From Octopus vulgaris (lineage: Eukaryota): a stretch of 64,000 nucleotides of DNA. The notes beneath the pieces were generated by a model. It saw nothing but the letters and a program-made list of their open reading frames with translations. It was not told the DNA's origin and ran no database searches. The stretch covers positions 53,382,001-53,446,000 of the forward strand of contig OX597823.1 of assembly GCA_951406725.2 (NCBI GenBank), given 5' to 3'. The position numbers were made by a program, and so were the translations under genes. This document shows positions 58,615 to 64,000 of the stretch, one piece after another (the stretch's first letter is position 1; the number at the start of each line of letters is the position of its first letter).

Positions 58615-59333
58615 ACTTTCTACTCTACGCACAATGCATGAAACATCGACCCCAGTATGTAACTGGTACTTATTTCATCAATTCCGAAAGCATGAAAGAC
58701 AAAGTCGACCTCGGTGCTATTTGAACTAAGAATGTAAGGACGGACGAAATGACGCTGAGCATTTTGCCCGGCGGCGAAATTTTTTTCCCACGCGAGTTCC
58801 GGATCCCAGTTATGAACTCATTTGCATACGGCCAATCAGAGCTCAACTATCAAACTAATTTATGAGCGCATAACAAGTGATTGGCGATAAAATAAGGTCA
58901 CTTGGGTTAGGAATGACCATGCTTCTGTTCGCTTTTTATAATGCTTGTTTTTCTTGTTCTTGTTTCAACCATGGCTGCCACTGCGTAGTTATTTGTGTTA
59001 TTGTTTACTTTGTAAAGCAGTAAAGGGAGAGGGTTGCTTGCACATCACCCTCTACCCACATTTTTCCCATCCAGATCTTTTCCATATGGGACCCTAACAA
59101 AATCCTTCTAAAATCTCCTTCTAAAATCAGTCACAACTTGGCGATCGGTCGACTTACAACACCGTTCATCGTCTTGAGTTTACTTGGTAGAGTGTGTTTG
59201 TTAACTTGACAACAAGGCCAAGGTGAGCTCTGATTGGCTGTATGCAAATGAGTTCATTACTAGAGTCCGGAACTCTCGTGGAAAAAAAAAAATTTGCTGC
59301 CTTACGTGCTAACGATTCTGCCACCTCGCTACC
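58615..59333 (-). mobile_element. SINE family B interrupted by a MITE
   Basis: SINE runs to ..TTTTGCCCGG at 58771 and resumes CGTGCTAACGATTCTGCC at 59305. Confidence 0.82.
58770..59301. mobile_element. MITE with ~76-bp terminal inverted repeats
   Basis: 58770-58845 is the reverse complement (few mismatches) of 59224-59301. Confidence 0.88.
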
Positions 59334-59692
59334 TTGTTTGTTAGCTAATAATGAGAACAAGAATGGCTCTTGTGGAAAATCGAATGTTAAATAAAACTGC
59401 TGCTGCTGTTGCTGTTACTGCTGTTGTTTCACATCATCAAGTTTTCCTTCTGTGTAATAGTCTACTACAAAGCACCCGTTAACCTATGAATATGGATTAG
59501 ATTAAAGAATGATACCACATTTATAAATATGTGTAGGTATGTGCTTATGAGTGCGTATGTATGTAAATGAATGTGCGAGTGTATGTGGTTGCCTGTGTGT
59601 GAGCGTAAGTGCGTCTGCGTGTACGTGTATAAATATATCTGCGTGCATAAGTATGTATATATATATATGTGTATGTGTGTAAAGACATATAT

Positions 59693-59902
59693 TCTATTTT
59701 ATTATTTTACTTGTATCAGTCATTTTGCCTGCGTCCATGCTGGGGCACCGCCTTTATTCGAACAAATCGACCCCCAGGGTTTATTTTTGTAAGCCTAGTA
59801 CTTATATTTTTGGTCTCTTTTGCCGAACCGAAAATTACGGGGACGTAAACAAACCAGCATCGGTTGTCAAGCGATAGTTGGGGGACAAACACAGGCACAC
59901 AA

Positions 59903-59972
<70 letters not shown>

Positions 59973-60088
59973 ACGACGGACTTCTTTCAGTTTCCATCTA
60001 CCAAATCCATTCGCAAGGCTTTGGTCGGCCCGAGGTTATAGTGGACTTGCCCCAGGGTCAAGCAGTGGGACTGAACCTGGAACCATGT
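59693..60088 (-). mobile_element. SINE family A
   Basis: Tail, internal (GT)n, core and partial head in reverse complement. Confidence 0.87.
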
Positions 60089-60142
60089 ACATATACCAGA
60101 AACCATATACGTATATATATATATATATATAATGGAGGTGCA

Positions 60143-60301
60143 ATGTGTTTATTGGGCGAAAACACCTAAAGCTCCACGAGTCTACGGCAGGGGGTGATGG
60201 TGACCTCTTTCGCCCCAACTTTCTCTCATTCTTTCTTCTTGTTTCTTGAGTAACGCTGCGATGGACTGACGTCCCGTCCATACGCCATAGAAACCGGGAA
60301 A
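60143..60301 (+). mobile_element. SINE family D, internal fragment
   Basis: Matches 30005-30191. Confidence 0.85.
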
Positions 60302-60302
60302 A

Positions 60303-60661
60303 TGGATTAAGTCGATTATATCGACCCCAGTGCGTAACTGGTACTTATTTAATCGACCCCGAAAGGATGAAAGGCAAAGTCGACCTAGGCAGAATTTGAA
60401 CACAGAACGTAACGGCAGACGACATTACCTAATTCTTTACTACCCACAAGGGGCTAAACACAGAGAGGACGATCAAGGACAGACAAACGGATTAAGCCGA
60501 TCATATCGACCCCAGTGCGTAACTGTACTTATTTAATCGACCCCGAAAGGATGAAAGGCAAAGTCGACCTAGGCAGAATTTGAACACAGAACGTAACGGC
60601 AGACGAAATTACCGCTAAGCATTTCGCCCGGCGTGCTAACGTTTCTGCCAGCTCGCCGCCT
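60303..60661 (-). mobile_element. Tandem SINE family B (partial copy plus full copy)
   Basis: 60303-60422 duplicates 60488-60606. Confidence 0.88.
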
Positions 60662-61152
60662 TTACAACAACAATATCAACAATAATAGCAACTACAACAA
60701 GAAAAAGAGTTTATCGTTTTAATCTAGTGATGATAATAATAACTTCGTGGACACGGTAGTGGAGAAGCTACGATTAATCCGTTTCTTTACTATCATCTAT
60801 GATAATTATTGTTGTTGGACAGCAAATGTCGATACGGTTATGAAAACTTAGCAACAATCTTTGAAACGTCGCATAATCTCGCTGAAATATAAAGGACAAA
60901 CAAACTAAACAAAACTGCATGCATAAGCATATCATATAACAACAACAACATTAACAACAACAACAACTACTAACTACTACAGCAAGAACAACAACAGCAG
61001 CAGCAGCAGCAATAGCGTCTACAAAAGCAACAACAGAAGCAGGCAGCATTAGAGAGAGAGTAAATCCGATATCATTAATGGTAATAATCCCCAGCAATAA
61101 CAAGAGAAGCGCATCGTTAATCCTATAATAACATTAATAATAGTAATAATAA

Positions 61153-61203
61153 TGGTGATGGTGGTGGTGGTGGTGGTGGTGGTGGTGGTGGTGGTGGTGG
61201 TGG

Positions 61204-61256
<53 letters not shown>

Positions 61257-61296
61257 GTGGTGGTGGTGGTGGTGGTGGTGGTGGTGGTGGTGGTGG

Positions 61297-61358
<62 letters not shown>

Positions 61359-61440
61359 GTGATGATGATTATGATGATGATGATCATGATGATTGTGGTG
61401 GCGGTGGAGGTGGTGGTGGTGGTGGTAGTCGTGGTAGAGG
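61153..61440. repeat. Alternating (GGT)n/(GAT)n trinucleotide blocks
   Basis: Direct inspection. Confidence 0.95.
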
Positions 61441-62007
61441 TTTCGGTAGTTGGCGAGAGAGGGGTGGGGCATTTTATCGAACGTATTATAATAGCTTGAT
61501 ATACAATTGATGCTATAAGAAATATCGGCATATACGGCATTAATATGTGAGATATGATTGTATTGTTTCTAATTCTGTTGTTAGATAGCACACAACATGC
61601 TGAATACGATAATCCGGCACCAAAATTATTAGCACATTGGTACCAACGTAATATTGCATACACATACACACACACGCGCGTTTGCACGCAAGCACGTATC
61701 CGCTCACGCAAGCACGTATCCGCTCGTGAGCACACACACAATCTCACACACACACACAGAAACACACACACACACACTAATTAAAGATTTGAATCAACGC
61801 CATACGCGTGGGAGCGTATGGAGCTTTCCATTTACTGATTTCCGATGGGATGGACGCGTCCTACGCGCCCATGAAACTTTAAGTCGCGTGGAGCTGAGTC
61901 AAACTGTTATTAAGAAATGCATATAATGTGTTGAATGCCACCTTGTATCATTTATCCACTCAATCGTACAACAACTATATAGATATATATGTGTGTGTGT
62001 GTACATA

Positions 62008-62552
<545 letters not shown>

Positions 62553-62554
62553 GA

Positions 62555-62639
<85 letters not shown>

Positions 62640-62769
62640 CGCAACATAAGAATAATAAAAACAAGGGCAGCATTATCTTTTTCAGCTTAATACTAACATG
62701 CTATTATTTAGCATTTTATGTGTGCTTCGAGATCCATTTCTGAAAAGAATATGCATACATTCACACAGA

Positions 62770-62805
<36 letters not shown>

Positions 62806-63550
62806 TGTGTGTTACATATACACATATATGTTCACATAGATGCAACAGTGAAGTTAGCAACAACTCCACAACAAGCAATAGTAAAGCTAGCAACAATAGC
62901 AAGAACAAACAAACGAGAGGCAAACGAGAGAGGCAGCACAAAAACTATGTATAATGATTGCTTCTTACATTGGCACAAGGTCAGAAATGCGTAGGTGCGG
63001 AGAGAAGTAGGAGGAGAAGCCATGATTGTGTGAATTTCGACTCAACACATATTTTATCGATCCTTCTCCCCAAAGTGATGAAAGGTAAAGTGGCAACTAT
63101 ATAAATAAACATCAAGAAACAAACAATAAGAGTAACAGTTAAGAAAAATAAGCGAAACAGAGACAAAGGCAAGACCAACAGTAACGGTAAAGATAACGTC
63201 AGAAAAATAACAAACACTTGAGTAAACAAGAACAGTAATTGCAACAAAAAAAAAAAAAAAAAAAAAAAACATAAGCCATAACAACGGTAATGTTAATAAG
63301 ACCAGCATCGGCAGCCGTAGTAGCAGCAGCAACAACAAAAACAACAACAGCAACAACAGCAACAACAACCAGGGGCTTTAACAAACAAATAGTAAAGCGA
63401 TGAGAACAGCAGAATTTCTGAATGATACAAATGCCAAAAATAGCAACAATAACAACAAATATTATTATTATCTAAATAAAAACATTAACGTCTACAAAAG
63501 CTATAACAACATTAAGCAAAATAACAGTAACAATGATAATGGTATTATTA

Positions 63551-63615
<65 letters not shown>

Positions 63616-63889
63616 GTCAACAATAGCAACAACAAAAAGCAACAGCCATTAATGCTAACAGTTTGCAACCACAACAAAAATGGAAGCCAAAAAATGGAAA
63701 GGAAAAAAAAAAAACAGCGATGAATACAGCCGGGTGGCGTAACAACATCAGCAACAATAATAATAATTATTATAATAATAATTGTAATAATAGGATTACA
63801 AAAGCAACAACGACAACAACAGCAATAATGCTAGCAGTAACGGGAAAGAACAGCAACAACAGCGTTAACAACAGTTTGCGTATGTCTAT

Positions 63890-63901
63890 GCATATATGTA
63901 C

Positions 63902-64000
<99 letters not shown>
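63890..64000. repeat. (TA)n microsatellite running off the window
   Basis: Direct inspection. Confidence 0.95.

Noticed and set aside
61134-61472. Poly-histidine protein
   Set aside because: Translation of (GGT)n/(GAT)n repeats, open in multiple frames, with no splice or codon context.

Overview
Eukaryotic, AT-rich and extremely microsatellite-dense non-coding DNA. The SINE, MITE and Penelope-like repeat families strongly resemble those of an octopod cephalopod (Octopus sp.); this is recognition-based inference, not a database result. No protein-coding gene is supported. Almost all listed ORFs are translations of microsatellites or SINEs. The only protein-like remnants are a mariner transposase C-terminus (51.5 kb) and 3' ends of LINE ORF2s (38.6-39.0 kb; weaker traces at 35.3-36.3 kb). 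Dozens of copies of tRNA-derived SINEs fall into families labelled A-E here, plus an older (CAA)n-tailed family F; several young copies keep clean target-site duplications. Also present are piggyBac-like, hAT-like and long-TIR MITEs. The best leads are two minimal, degenerate hammerhead-ribozyme motifs in Penelope-like termini (6.3 kb, 8.5 kb), a MITE whose arms each carry an octamer+CCAAT module (58.8-59.3 kb), a strand-biased pre-miRNA-like hairpin (45.8 kb), a LINE 3' end sharing tail architecture with SINE family A, and unique islands with repeated motifs and splice signals that may be enhancers or exons of a spliced non-coding transcript. I do not find convincing evidence of a wholly new biological system.
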